The translations under genes and the position numbers were made by a program. Positions 26,401 to 40,100 of a stretch of 64,000 nt of DNA are shown here, one piece after another. Under the pieces are notes generated by a model. It was not told where the DNA came from and ran no database searches. It saw only the letters and a program-made list of their open reading frames with translations. Source of the stretch: Eledone cirrhosa (lineage: Eukaryota); assembly GCA_964016885.1 (NCBI GenBank), contig OZ024758.1, forward strand, positions 2,108,001 through 2,172,000, given 5' to 3'. The first letter of the stretch is position 1. Every line of letters begins with the position of its first letter.

Positions 26401-29400
26401 CAAGAAAAGGGCCATAAGTTTTACTCCATAATATTAAAAACAATTTGTAAATATTTTAAAGTCAATCTTTGCACACATTGTAAAAGAAAACATTTCAAAT
26501 ATGGCTTTAAACCCTCTACACTATTGTTTACATAATTTGTATATATTTTACAATAAAGTCTCTAAAAACAAATATTTTCTTCTTTATTTTTCACTGAATT
26601 TTTTCCTTCATTTCAGAGCATTTTTATTCCTGTATGTTTAAGTGGAGATAATATGGAATAAATGTCATTATTAATTCATTATGCAATGATGTTTATTATT
26701 ATTATTATTGGAGTCTCAGTCATTGATATTTAACTGGAAAGTTTGTTGAAATGAACATCAAGCCCCTACCTGAGCCTCAGATATTCAGGACATATCGGAG
26801 GGTTCTTGCTGTTCCCAGCAAGCATGCCTTTTGAAGTGTTCCAAAAAAGGGGGGTGGACTAATGTTCTTTAACCATCCTTGAAAACTCTTTGAGATAGTA
26901 CCTAGTGCTCCTATGACAATCAGGACGACCTTGATCTCATGACAGTCCCAAATCCTTTAACTCCCACTTTAAATCCTGGTATCGAATAATTTTCTCCTCC
27001 TTTTCTTGCACTCTCGTGTCAAAGGGTCAGGCTACATCTACAATCAGACACAATCTTTTTTCCTTGTCAAAAACCACCAGGCATAGAGTTATGGCCCTTT
27101 ACGCTCTGAGTGCAAATCCTGCCGAGGTTAGTTTTGCCTTTTATTTTGCCTGAATTCAGAATCCCAAAATGCATCAGAATGCTTTGTTATTGTTGATATG
27201 TTGGCTGTGTTGGAAGTTAGACACCTCGTCGGAATACACACACACACACACACACACGGCTTTCTACTTTCCACCTTTCATTTTACCATCTTGTCTCTAC
27301 AGATTCAAGAAACTCTCTGTCAAAGATTTGCCTCCATCGTAGACTCAGAGATTAACCTCAGCCCTGAGAGAAACCAAGCTGTGATCTCGTGTGTTGGGCC
27401 TCAGTTTACATTGAGGTTCCTGTCTTACTTTTCTCCTCAACTTGGACTCAATGTAAATATTATATACTTCTTTCTTCCTAAACCCCTTTTGTATCATTGC
27501 AGTGTTTAAACTCAGGGAGAAGAGAATATAGTTAATCAGGTTCAATTAAGATATTCTGAAGGAATAGAGAGGGTGTTGCTTTTGTTACTAAGGGTCAGGT
27601 CAACCTTCATTGAGTATTAAAGGTCATGTCACTTCATTAAGTTATTTAGGTTCATGTCAATCTTCATTGAGTATTAAGGGTCATGTCACTTCATTAAGTT
27701 ATTAAGGGTCATGTCAACCTTCATTGAGTTATTAAGGGCCACGTCACTTCATTGAGTTATTAAGGGTCACGTCACTTCATTAAGTTATTGAGGGTCAGAT
27801 CAACCTTCATTCAGTTATTAAGGGTCACGTCAACCTTCATTCAGTTATTAAGGGTCATGTCACTTCATTGAGTTATTAAGGGTCACGTCAACCTTCATTC
27901 AGTTATTAAGGGTCACGTCAACCTTCATTCAGTTATTAAGGGTCATGTCACCCTTCATTGAGTTATTAAGGGTCACGTCAACCTTCATTCAGTTATTAAG
28001 GGTCACGTCAACCTTCATTGAGGAAACCTATGATCCAACTATGGGTACATAAGAGATATTGCAGGATATTAGGAGCAGTAAGCAGCACAAGCTTACAGGA
28101 AACAAGCTCAGAGGGCCCCATAGAAGTAGTTGATAGCTTCTGTTACTTGGGTGACTAAATTAGCAGTGGAGGTATATGTTCTGAAAGTATTGTGACAATG
28201 TTGGTAATATATATTACTTGCAGGAGTGTCCTAAACCGGCATTGATGGAAATAAAATTATTATTAAGTGAAGGAATGACATCTGCTGTCAGTGAGGCTGG
28301 TTATGAGTCCCTAATTACTCATGAAACATCCAGGTGAGTCACTAATTACTCATGATATATTCAGGTGAGTCACTAATTACTCATGAGATTTCCAGGTAAC
28401 ACAAGTCCCTAATTACAATATATTCAGGTAACACAATTAATTATGTATTGATTTATATATTGATACTATTAGCAGAATCATTGGAATGTCAGACAAAATG
28501 TCTTCCAGTATTTCTTCTAATTCTGGGGTCAACTTTGCTGTGGTCAAACTTTTCTGATGTCAACTTTGCTGAGGTCAAACTTTGCTAAAGTCAAACTTTG
28601 CTGAGGTCAACTTTGCTGAGGTCAAATTTTACTGAAATCAAACTTTGCTGAGGTCAAACTTTGCTGAGGTCAAACTTTGCTGAGGTCAAACTTTGCTGAA
28701 GTCAAACTTTGCTGAGATCAAACTTTGCTGAGGTCAAATTTTACTGAAATCAAATTTTGCTGAGATCAAACTTTGCTGAGGTCAAATTTTGCTGAGATCA
28801 AATTTTGCTGAGATCAAACTTTGCTGAGGTCAACTTTGCTGAGATCAAATTTTGCTGAGATCAAACTTTGCTGAGGTCAAATTTTACTGAAATCAATTTT
28901 GCTGAAATCAAACTTTGCTGAGGTCAAATTTTCCTGAAATCAAACTTTGCTGAGGTCAACTTTACTGAGATCAAACTTTGCTGGGGTCAACTTTGCTCCC
29001 CATCCTTTCAGTGAATCTTCGTTTTGAGTAGAAGATGCTGACCAGAACATTTGTATTTTAGAGACCACTTTCTTCACATCTTCAGGGAGCTATCTTATGG
29101 TCACAATGCTTGTATGCTTCATTTGAAGGAGGCAGTGGAAACTAAATTAGTTTTCACTTGCAGTTCCATCTCTGGTTGAGAAGGGTGGGATGGTAGAATT
29201 GATAGAACACTTATGGAGGACTCTTTACATATGCTTGTGATGTGACTGGTTCTAAGACGAGGGCCATATGTCTTTTTGCTGCCCTAAGCACTTAAAGAAT
29301 TATGGTTCCCCATCATTTTCTCAGGACTCTCTCTACCTCCCTTCATATTTTGCACAGAGAAAACCCTCATCAGATATTGCAACAGTTCAGGAAAGAAACA

Positions 29401-32400
29401 GCATTAGAATTCAAAGACTATTTACAAAGATTCTATAAGAATGAAGAAGCAAGATTAATGGTAAGTGTGTCTGTTTTGGTAGTTAACAATAACGGTACCA
29501 TTGTCATATAAGATAATGGTATCGTTGTCATATAAAATAATGGTACCATTGTCATATAAAATAATGGTACCATTGTCATATAAAATAACGGTACCATTGT
29601 CATATAAGATAATGGTACCGTTGTCATATAAAATAATGGTACCATTGTCATATAAAATAATGGTACCGTTGTCATATAAGATAATGGTACCATTGTCATA
29701 TAAAATAATGGTACCATTGTCATATAAGATAATGGTACCATTGTCATATAAAATAATGGTACCATTGTCATATAAGATAATGGTACCATTGTCATATAAG
29801 ATAACGGTACCGTTGTCATATAAAATAGATTCATTCATATACTTTGTGGTGCATTACATATTTTTTTCATATGTTTCCTGTGAAATCTATATCCTGAACA
29901 CACACAAATATATATATATATATATAAATAAGTTGATATCATCATCATCATTTTATGTCCGCTTTTCCCTGGTTGCATATATATATATTAATAAGTTGAC
30001 AGAATTAGCATGGGTTTCACTGCTAGGACCGGTTGCATCTCAGTGTACTCAATAGGTAATGTTAAATAAACTCCCCATATATATATATATGTGTGTGTGT
30101 GCGTGTTTATATATATATATATTTATTTATATATATATATATATATATGTGTTTGTGTGTTAAATTTTTCCATAGAAAAGGTAAAGGAAAGAAAGAGTGC
30201 TCCATATATAGTACAGAACTATTTACATAATAAACAACACAATATAATTATTCCATTACCAAAGGTTTCAGGAGACTAGGCGATCCTTACAGAAACGTGT
30301 GTAAGGTAATTCTCCTTCATATAACTATTGTCTTATCTCAAAAAATATTTCTCATTTCCAAGTTTCAGCAACTCAAAGTGGATCTTTCTTTACCAAAACA
30401 GAGAACTGACCATTATTTCAATAAAATTGTCGAGGAAGAAAATGTAAAGCTTACAGGTAGGTAAATAAACCAGAGGATATCTATGTGGTCACTTGTCTTG
30501 CTAGAAATAGCAGCCATATAATTCTGAAACTAAACCATACAGGTATGTAGCAATAACTACAACAGTGTAAAATAAACCTATCAGAGGCCATGTATGTGTT
30601 CACTTGTCTTGCTAGAAATAGCAGCCACATAACTGTTTCTACTTTTGGCACAAGGTTAGCAATTACCCCAGTGCATTACTGGTACTTTATTTTATCGACC
30701 GTGTGAGGATGAAAGGCAAACTTAACCTCAGTGGGATTTGAACTCAGAACGTAAAGGGCCATAACTCTATGCTACAAAGCATGGTGTCTGACGTTCTACT
30801 GATACTGCCAAACTCAATAATAATAACAATAACAACAGAATTCTTTCACCTCTTTCTGTTCAAACCAGCCATAACCGGCCACTCATACTGATGTTAAGGA
30901 ATTATTCTCAAAATAAATAATATCGAAATCTCATAGATTCGATATTATGCGAGGTATTTATAATAATAATAATAATGAAATTATTGTGTAAAGTGCTCAG
31001 GTGCTCTACAACTCGTCAATATAGTACATAGAATAATACACAAATGCCAGGGAAGTACATGTTTGTATGTGTTAGCTGTAGTGTTGGCGGATCTCGGGAA
31101 GCATGGAGGCCTTAAAGGATGCAGTGTCTCGACAGCTAACAACTGATGCAGGTAGTTTGTTCCATGCTTCAGCAACTCTGAGCGTGATGAAAGATAAAGC
31201 CTTTACTGGGAAACTACAATAGTATATATAGAGTAATGTAAATACTAAAGGGTTTCTTTCAATGAAATATATATATTTTTAATGATATTTTATTTTCTAG
31301 ATGTAATAAAACCAGGACCTAAAGTTAAAGTTTGCAGCAAAGACAGTGAAATAATTGGTAAGATGGTAGCTTCAGTTCTTGAAAGATATCCTGAGAAGAT
31401 TTCTATGGTAATTGGTAAATTAAAAGGTTTCCATCTGCCAGCAACTCTACGTAAACATATATGGACTGAAGTGATATTTCAATGTGGACATAACTCAGAT
31501 AATCCATTAAGTGGGTAAGTTATACTATAACCAGACCTTCTGCTATTATTTGTTGCAGTGGATTGGCAGTATCAGTAGAGCGTCAGACACCATTCTTTAT
31601 AGCATGGAGTTATGGCCCTTTATGATTTGAGTTTAAATACTGCCGAAGTTAACTTTGCCTTTCCTCCTTACGGGGTCGATAAAATAAAGTACCAGTAATG
31701 CAATGGGGTTGATTTAACTGACTTCCCCCTCCCCCCAAATTGCTGGCCTTGTGCCTATATAAGAAACAATTATTTGTTGTTGTTTAACCCTAGGTCAGCT
31801 CTCATTGAGTAGACAGAAGATCCAAACTGTTCCAGCTGTGATAATATCCATATTTTTTTTCAGGTAATATTTCTTGGATTACATTATCCATTAAGTGTAT
31901 CTGAGGGAGATTTGGCTGTTATTTCTATTAGATTGATCCACTATTAAGACTCAATAATTGGATATGATATGGAGGTAGACTTGGCAGCTATTTCTTGGAG
32001 TTCAAGCACCCATATAGAGCCCCCGCCTCTATCCCACATTGAGCGCCCAGATAGAGCCCCAACCTCTATCCCACACTCATCTCTCACTCTCACCTTTACT
32101 CTCACTCTCACTCTGTCTCACACTACCTCTCACTCTCACCTTCACTCTTACTCCCCCTCTCTCAGACACTCTACCTCTCACTCAGACATTCTACCTCTCA
32201 CTCTCACTCAGACACTCTATCTCTCACTCTCACTCAGACACTCTATCTCTCACTCTCACTCAGACACTCTGATGAAATAACTAGTAGATATGTATTAGTG
32301 AGGATGATGATGGAGTGTATATTCCTTGTGGTAAACAACTGAAGAATCTCTCATATTTCTCTCAGAAATATGAAGAACCGTTTCCGACATGAGTTTGGGA

Positions 32401-35400
32401 AGAGATTAGAGAGTAACCTGAAGAAATTACATGTGAAATTTCCATTGAAGTCACCTATCAAGGATCTCATCGAGAATACTGTTATTGAGGTAAACTAACA
32501 CTTTACACTACTCTATATTTACTATTAACCCTTTAGTATTTACACTACTCTATATTTACTATTAACCCTTTAGTATTTACACTACTCTATATTTACTATT
32601 GTATTTTCTCAGTAAAGGCTTTATTGTACATAATATCGAATCTATGAGATTTTGATCATCATCATCATCATTCTACGTCCGCTTTTCCCTGCTTGCAAGG
32701 GTGGGACGGGTCCTTGTCAGCACAGCATCTCTCCACTTGTCACGGTCCTTCGTCATCTCCTCTGTGAGCTTCAGCGATCTGAGGTCAGCTCTTACCACCT
32801 CCGCCCATGATTTATTATTTATTTTTAGAACAATACCTTAACATAAGTATGAGCGGCTGGTTTGTACAGAAAGATGTGAGAGAATTATGGCCAGTTATGG
32901 CTGAGTTAAATGCTGAAGGGTTAAAGCAGTGAATTGTCAGAGTCGTTAAGATATTGGATAAAATACCTTATGGTATTTGTTTCAGCTCTCTCTACTCTGA
33001 ATTCAAAACCCGCCAAGATCAACTTTGCTTTTCACCCTTTCAAGGTCAATCAAAAAGTATCAGTCCAATACTATCTTTTTCTCATTTCCTCTCTGTCACT
33101 TCCTCTCTTTCTCTCACATGTTCAAACCTGAAGAGGGGAGGGAAGGACTCTGCCAAGTCACGTTGTATGTCACAACAGTACCCCTACAAGATCATCAGGA
33201 ATTAGGGTTCCATAGGTATATAACCCTTTTCTTAGCATCTTTATAATGAAAGATTCTCTTTACTCTTTTACCTGTTCCAGCCATCGGGCTGAGGCCATGC
33301 TGGGGCACCACCCTTTAATTTGATACCTATGGTTTTCAATTAATTCTAAAAATTAAACAAGAATTTCAAGAGGTTTAATAATAGTTTCATATATAGGCAC
33401 AAGGCCAGCAATTTTGGGGGAGGGGAAAGTCGATTAAATCAACCCCAGTGCGTGACTGGTACTTTATTTTATCGACTCTGTAAGGATGAAAGGCAAAGTT
33501 AACCTCGACGGGATTTGAACTCAGAAAGTAAAGGGCCGTAACTCTGTGCTGCAAAGCATGGCGTCCCACCCTCTACCGATACTGCCAATCCACCGCCTCA
33601 AGAGGTTTAATAATACTATATATTAAGCTGGTGTTTAAAACATAACTTAAAAGGTTCATACATATTCTGATGGGAGGTTTTTAGATAAACAAACAGTTTC
33701 CTATTGTAAAACCAAAAACAGTTTTAGGTGGTTTGGTATCAAAGAATTTAAGAATTTTCCTTGCTACAATTATTCTGAAATGACTTTCTTCTTCAGAATT
33801 CAACAATTATATCTAAAAATGATTCTGTCTATTTTACAGACATACAATAAAACACCATCTATGAAATTGTACAGATCAGCGGCTTACATGAAGGAGACCA
33901 TCCGTATCTTGAATGCTTTATATATTTACAACCAGTCTTACCAACCATTCTTTGTGCTGTGGTTGTTTCCATTACAGATAGCTGTGGCAGATTTTGTTGA
34001 CAATGGCAGGACAGAAGGTAATAAAAGACTTTTTGTGCTCTAATTGTTACCTTTACAGGTAACTGTGATAGATTTTGTAGACAACAGATGTACAGAAGAT
34101 AATAAAAGACTTCTTTGTGCAGTGGTTGTTTCCTTTACAGATAACTGTGACAGCTTGTGTTGACAGGAACACAGAAGGTAATAAAAAGGCTTCTTTCTTC
34201 TTTTCTTTGTGTCAGTATTGTCAACAAAAATAAATAAATAAAAGTGCAGAATCAATGAAGACTGACAGAAGATAATGTGAAGAAAAGATATTTGAAGACT
34301 GACAAAAGAGAGAGTTGTATCATTAGCAACTGTGGATCTTCCATAGAAAATCTTATAAGTTTCTAGATGTAGCACCATACCTTATTTAACCCATTAAGCA
34401 TTTACATTACTCTGTATTTACTATCATATTTTCACGGTAAATATATAAATATCTCACATAATATTGTATCTACAAGATTTTGATATTATTTATTTTGAGA
34501 ACAATACCTTAACATCAGCATGAGTGACCAGCTACAGCTGGTTTAAACAGAAAGAGGTGAGAGAATTCTGGCCGGATACGGCCGGTTTGAATGCTAAAGG
34601 GTTAAAAAGCGAGACAGGGTTGATATCAGTAAAATCATCTGGTCGTTGAATTCTGTCTGAAAATTCAGCCATTTACATATTAATATTCAGTTTGGCCCTC
34701 ATATTTTAATAATTCCAGGAGAGGAAATCTATGAACTTGCCATGTTGCTACATCTGCTGGAATCAAAGTGTTTCCCTTCCTGGGCCATAATGTCTGTCAT
34801 TGCTGAAAATGTCATGGCAACTCTTGAAAAGAAAGATCCAGAACTTCACAAACATCTTTACCATGTGGCTACAATAAATACACAAGTTAACCCTAAGGTA
34901 GGTAGATTATTCAACTATATATAATAATTTTCTAACTCATAATATTAACCTGTTGACTGCTGTGTATATTTTACACAGTTGCAGTTACTGTGCTGGATTT
35001 TTTTTCCAGTAAAATGACTATTTTGATTGACAAACGTCACATCAATAAACTAGTAACTCCAACTAGCTTTGAAGTTATGAACTATTGGAAACGAGTTCAT
35101 AACTTTGAAGTTATGAACTGTTGGAAACGAGTTCAAACATGTTAGGATGAGTTATCTCGTTCGTGGCACTGGAATGCATACATGTTAAGATGTGTTATCT
35201 CATCTATGGTACTGAAGAGGTTAAACACTCATCTTCTCAAGGAAGCCTGTGCAGTGCTCTCTACATGTATAATGGAGTTCCACTGAAGCAGGTAGAGAAG
35301 TTCAAGTATCTCAGGGCCGTGTTCACAAGTAATGGAAGGCAGGAGGCTGAATTAAGTGTAACAATTGCAGGAGCTGGTGCTGTAATGTGCCAGCTTTAGC

Positions 35401-37078
35401 ATTTGGTAATCAGAAGAAGGGAAGTAGATGTAAAAGTCAAACTTGTTATCTTCAATTAAGTATTCATACCAACCCTTACCTATGGTCATGAATCTTGGAT
35501 AATGACTGAAAGAATACGATTGTGAATACAAATGGCTGAAATGGAGTTCCTCCGAAAGGTCTTTGAAGTAACCACCACTAACACCACCACCACCACCACC
35601 ACCACCACAACTGTCACCATCATTACCGTCTTCATTATTTAAAAAAATTCTTCTTTAGGAATGTTTGGTTTATTTAATGGAGGAAGAACGTAGTATTGCT
35701 GAGAGAATGGTAGAGTCGAAGAGAAGCAACAGAACGAAGAGAACCGTTGCCAAGAGACAACCAATGACAAGCCTGTCTTTGGCACAACCAATAATGTTTA
35801 TCAGGCAATGGATTGGAGAGGTAATGTGTATATATAATATGTATCATTTGATATTTAATATACTATTATATCATCTCTACCACCCCTTGGGGGCTGTAGC
35901 GACCCCCTAGACCATCTCTACCACCCTGGAGGTGGTAGTGACCCCCTGGACCATCTCAACACCCCCTGGGGCTGTAGCGACCCCAGAACCATCTCAACAC
36001 CCCATTATTGCCAACCCAATTCTCTAACCACTCATCCAAGCCCCTTCATTGTCTAATATTTGACTCTATTTCAGGCATTTGTTGGTAAACTGGATGTTGG
36101 CGCCATGTTGTGGGTTTGGGACCAACTCTTTCTCAATTTCTGGCAGCAACAGATCTTCCAAGACGTCTGCCTGGCATTGGTTACCTTACTGAGGGAAGAC
36201 TTCCTCAGAGCTTCAGATTACCTGGAGATGAAACAGGTAAGATGTGGTGGGGGCGAGGGGGAGAATGAGGGAGGGGGAAGGTGAGGATGAGGGTGGAGAG
36301 AGGATAGGAAGTGATGGGGAGGAGGAGTGGGGGGTGAGAGAGAGGGGTGGGTGGGAATGGGAGAGAGAGGGGGTGGGAGAGGGGGGAATGGGGAGAGAAG
36401 ACAGAAAATGATGGGAGGAAGAGAGGGTGGGGGTGGCGAGCGAGATGATGTGGGGGGAGAGGATAGGAAGTGGGTGGAGAGGGGTGATAGAGAGAGAGGA
36501 AGGGAGAGAGAGAGGAGTAATTATGGTATTGTGTCACATCCCTGAAAATAACTCCACATCCGTTTATGTTCTGTTGTAGGTTTTTGTATCCCAGACTTTC
36601 CATCTTCTCACACTTGATATCCAGAGATCTTACCTGGCAGTTGCAGGTGGTACCAACCTTCATCATATTGAAACACTCAACAGATCTTCTCCTCAGTAAT
36701 ATCACTTCTTTGTCTTTATAATTTTCTAAAATTAAAAACAAAATTAGAATTTAGTTTATTGCTCTAACATAGTGGATACATAAATGCATTCTTGAGGTTT
36801 ATATCTAAAAAAACATAGCATAATGAGGCAGTTTGCTTGCGGTGAATTGGCAGTATCGGTCGAGGGTCGGACGCCATGCTTTACAGCATAGAGTTACGGC
36901 GCTTTATAGTCTGAGTTCAAATCCTGTCGAGGTTAACTTTACCTTTAATCCTTACGGGGTCGATAAAATAAAGTACCAGTAATACACTGGGGTAATTGCT
37001 GGCCTTTTGCCAAAAGTAGAAACAATTATTATTTGATATATTACAGCCCTTTATGTTCTAGGTTAGCTTTGTCTTTCA

Positions 37079-37114
<36 letters not shown>

Positions 37115-40100
37115 TCATCATCATTTTACGTCCGCTTTTCCCTGCTTGCAAGGATGGGATGGGTCTTATTCAGCACAGCATCTCTCCACTTGTCACGGTC
37201 CTTCGTCATCTCCACCGTGAGCTTCAGCGATCTGAGGTCTGCTCTCACTACCTCCGCCCATGTTTTTCGTGGTCTTCCTCTATTAATATAATTATCTTTT
37301 CAGGGGTGTCTCAGAAAGTGACATAGCAGGGTCTGCTGCTGGTAGAGAGGTTAAACTGGTCCCTAATACCCTGACTAACCCGACTACCCTGGCTAACAAA
37401 ATACAGGGATTGGACCTTAAATCTACCTTTCAACCCAGCAGTCCTTCAAACAACTCTAAAAATCTGCCACAAAAAAAGTCAACAATCCAAGTCTCTGATG
37501 TTTCTTTCAAACTTGACTTTCAACAATTTCTGTTGCAAGAAGAAACTGACAAAAATGTAATTTGGTTTTTTTGAATTTTTCAATTGATTTACATACATAC
37601 ATACACACATGCATATATATACATACACACTTGCATATACATACATACACACATGCATATACATACATACACACATGCATATATATATATACACACTTGC
37701 ATATACATATATACACACATGCATATACATACATACACACATGCATATACATACAAACACACATGCATATATATATACATACACACATGCATATATATAC
37801 ATACACACATGCATATACATACACACATACATATATATACATACAAACACACACACATATACACATACATGAACACACATTATCCCCCACACACACACAC
37901 ATACCCCTACCCCCACACACATACCCCCACCCCACATACACACACCAATAAATACCTACAAACACATCAGGCTATGCTGGAGCTTGTAATATATATTTTA
38001 AGGCAAGCCTTTTCTAATTTTCTGTAACAGTTTCCGTGGAAAGAATCGCCAGAAACTAACAAGATTCTTGTGAAGATCCTCTTCAGATTTGGAGATGACT
38101 GTATTGCAATGAAGGAAGTCCAACCCTCAATGATGACATTTCAAAAGACTCCAACCATTTCAGGAAAACTGGTTTATATTGCTAAAGTAACTGATATCGT
38201 CAGCTTTACTCTTCTTAATCTTCCCAGCTACTTGGATAAGATGATATCAGGTGAATATTTTCACCTGATCGTTATGGTCGACTATGTCCGTAATAATGAC
38301 AATTGTGAGTATCCACTAGTTCTTGTAACATTTCTTTGAAGTTTTGAATTGAGGAATTATTTTTATACACAGTAAGTATATACCTGTATATAGACACCAA
38401 GTAGGTGTCTTGAAAGAAAGGTTTACAAGTTCTATATATATATATATACCAGTCAACCATTTGTATATATACCAGTCTCTCAGTTCAACATATATCAATC
38501 TGCCAGTTCTATATATCATTCTACAACTTCTATATATATCCTTCTACCAGTTCTATATATATCCTTCTACCAGCTCTATATACCAGTCTACCAGTTCTAT
38601 ATATATCCTTCTACCAGCTCTATCTTATTCTGCCTTATACTTTCCAAAATTATCCATTATCTACTTAGAGAAATGTATTTAATTAAATCCCAATAAGTAA
38701 GAAACCATTGATAAAATATTCCATTTCTCTTCCATTCACAGTAGGCCTTGGTTGGGCCTTTATTCCATTAACAGAGCTGAGCCAATTGAAAGACCAACCC
38801 TTACATAGGAACAGAGTAGCTGCTCTACATCCTGGAGTTGTTCCTGATATCTTCACACAACATGCCAGGGAGTCTCTCAACTCTAAGGAAATGTCCTCGA
38901 AATGTGAGCAGCTTTTCTCAATGGTTCTCTCTTGTTTTTTTATATTTACAATAATTGTTTCAAATAAACATTACAGAGGCAATGTTAAATAACAGAGAAG
39001 AAAACAAATCTCTTTGAAAAATACCCCAGTTAATATTTATGCTGCTGGAATTTATAATTCCATCACTTTGTGACAATGATAGGTTTGTATTCCATAGAGA
39101 CATGTTGTATTTGAGGAAGTTTGATATTTCTGGGGAAATTTTCAGAATGTGCAAAGTTTTCAAAATCCGAGAATGGGGAACACTATCAATCCACAAAAAA
39201 CATGGGCTGAGGTGGTGAGAGCTGCCCTCAGATCACTGAAACTCACAGAGGAGATGATGAAGGACTTGCAAGCAGGGAAAAGCGGATGTAAAATGATGAT
39301 GAGGAGAAGGAGGAGGATAATGATGATGAATCGAAGCAGTACTCAAACTTCTGTGCTTGTTATGATAATTTTCTAGAATCAGGCGGTTAGCCTTGTGCCT
39401 TTATCAGAAACAATGTATATTTTGCCTAATTTAATAGATTTTAAGAGATAGAGAGCTACCCAAGGGAAATGATTCTTCTGATACCCTATACTATTATTCT
39501 ATATAAGAGCAGTGGATTGGCAGTATCGGTAGAGGGTCGTAACTCTATGCTTTGCAGCATAGAGTTACGGCCCTTTATGATCTGAGTTCAAAAGCCGCCA
39601 TGGTTAACTTTGCTTTTCATCCTACCGGGGTCAATAAAATAAAGTACCAGTCACGCACCGGGGTCGAATTAATCGACTTCCCCGTCCCCCAAAATTGCTG
39701 GCCTTGTGCCTATATAAGAAACCATTATTCTACAGTCCACACTAGAACTGTTGACCCTACACAATAGATCTGTATTCTGTTTAACTAATGTTAATATTTT
39801 ATCTCTGACCAAAGATATTTTAGGCTACAACTCTGAGCTGTTTCTAACAATAGAAGTAAGAAGTGAAGTTGTCCTTAAAACCAGGCAAGTCTATCAATCA
39901 TATCTTTAACCCTTTACCATTTACATTACTCTGTATATATTATTGAATTTTTGTGGTATAGGCTTTACCTTACAATATCGAATTTACAAAATTTTCATGT
40001 TATTTATTTTGAGAACAATACCTTAATGTCAGTATGAGCAGCCAGTTATGGCCGGTTTTAACTGAAAGAGGTGAGAGAATTCTGACCGAATAGAAGAGGG

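Noticed and set aside
27198-27509. ORF with a plausible acceptor near 27303
   Set aside because: No suitable donor or homology recognised; exons 1 and 2 of the large gene join in phase without it.
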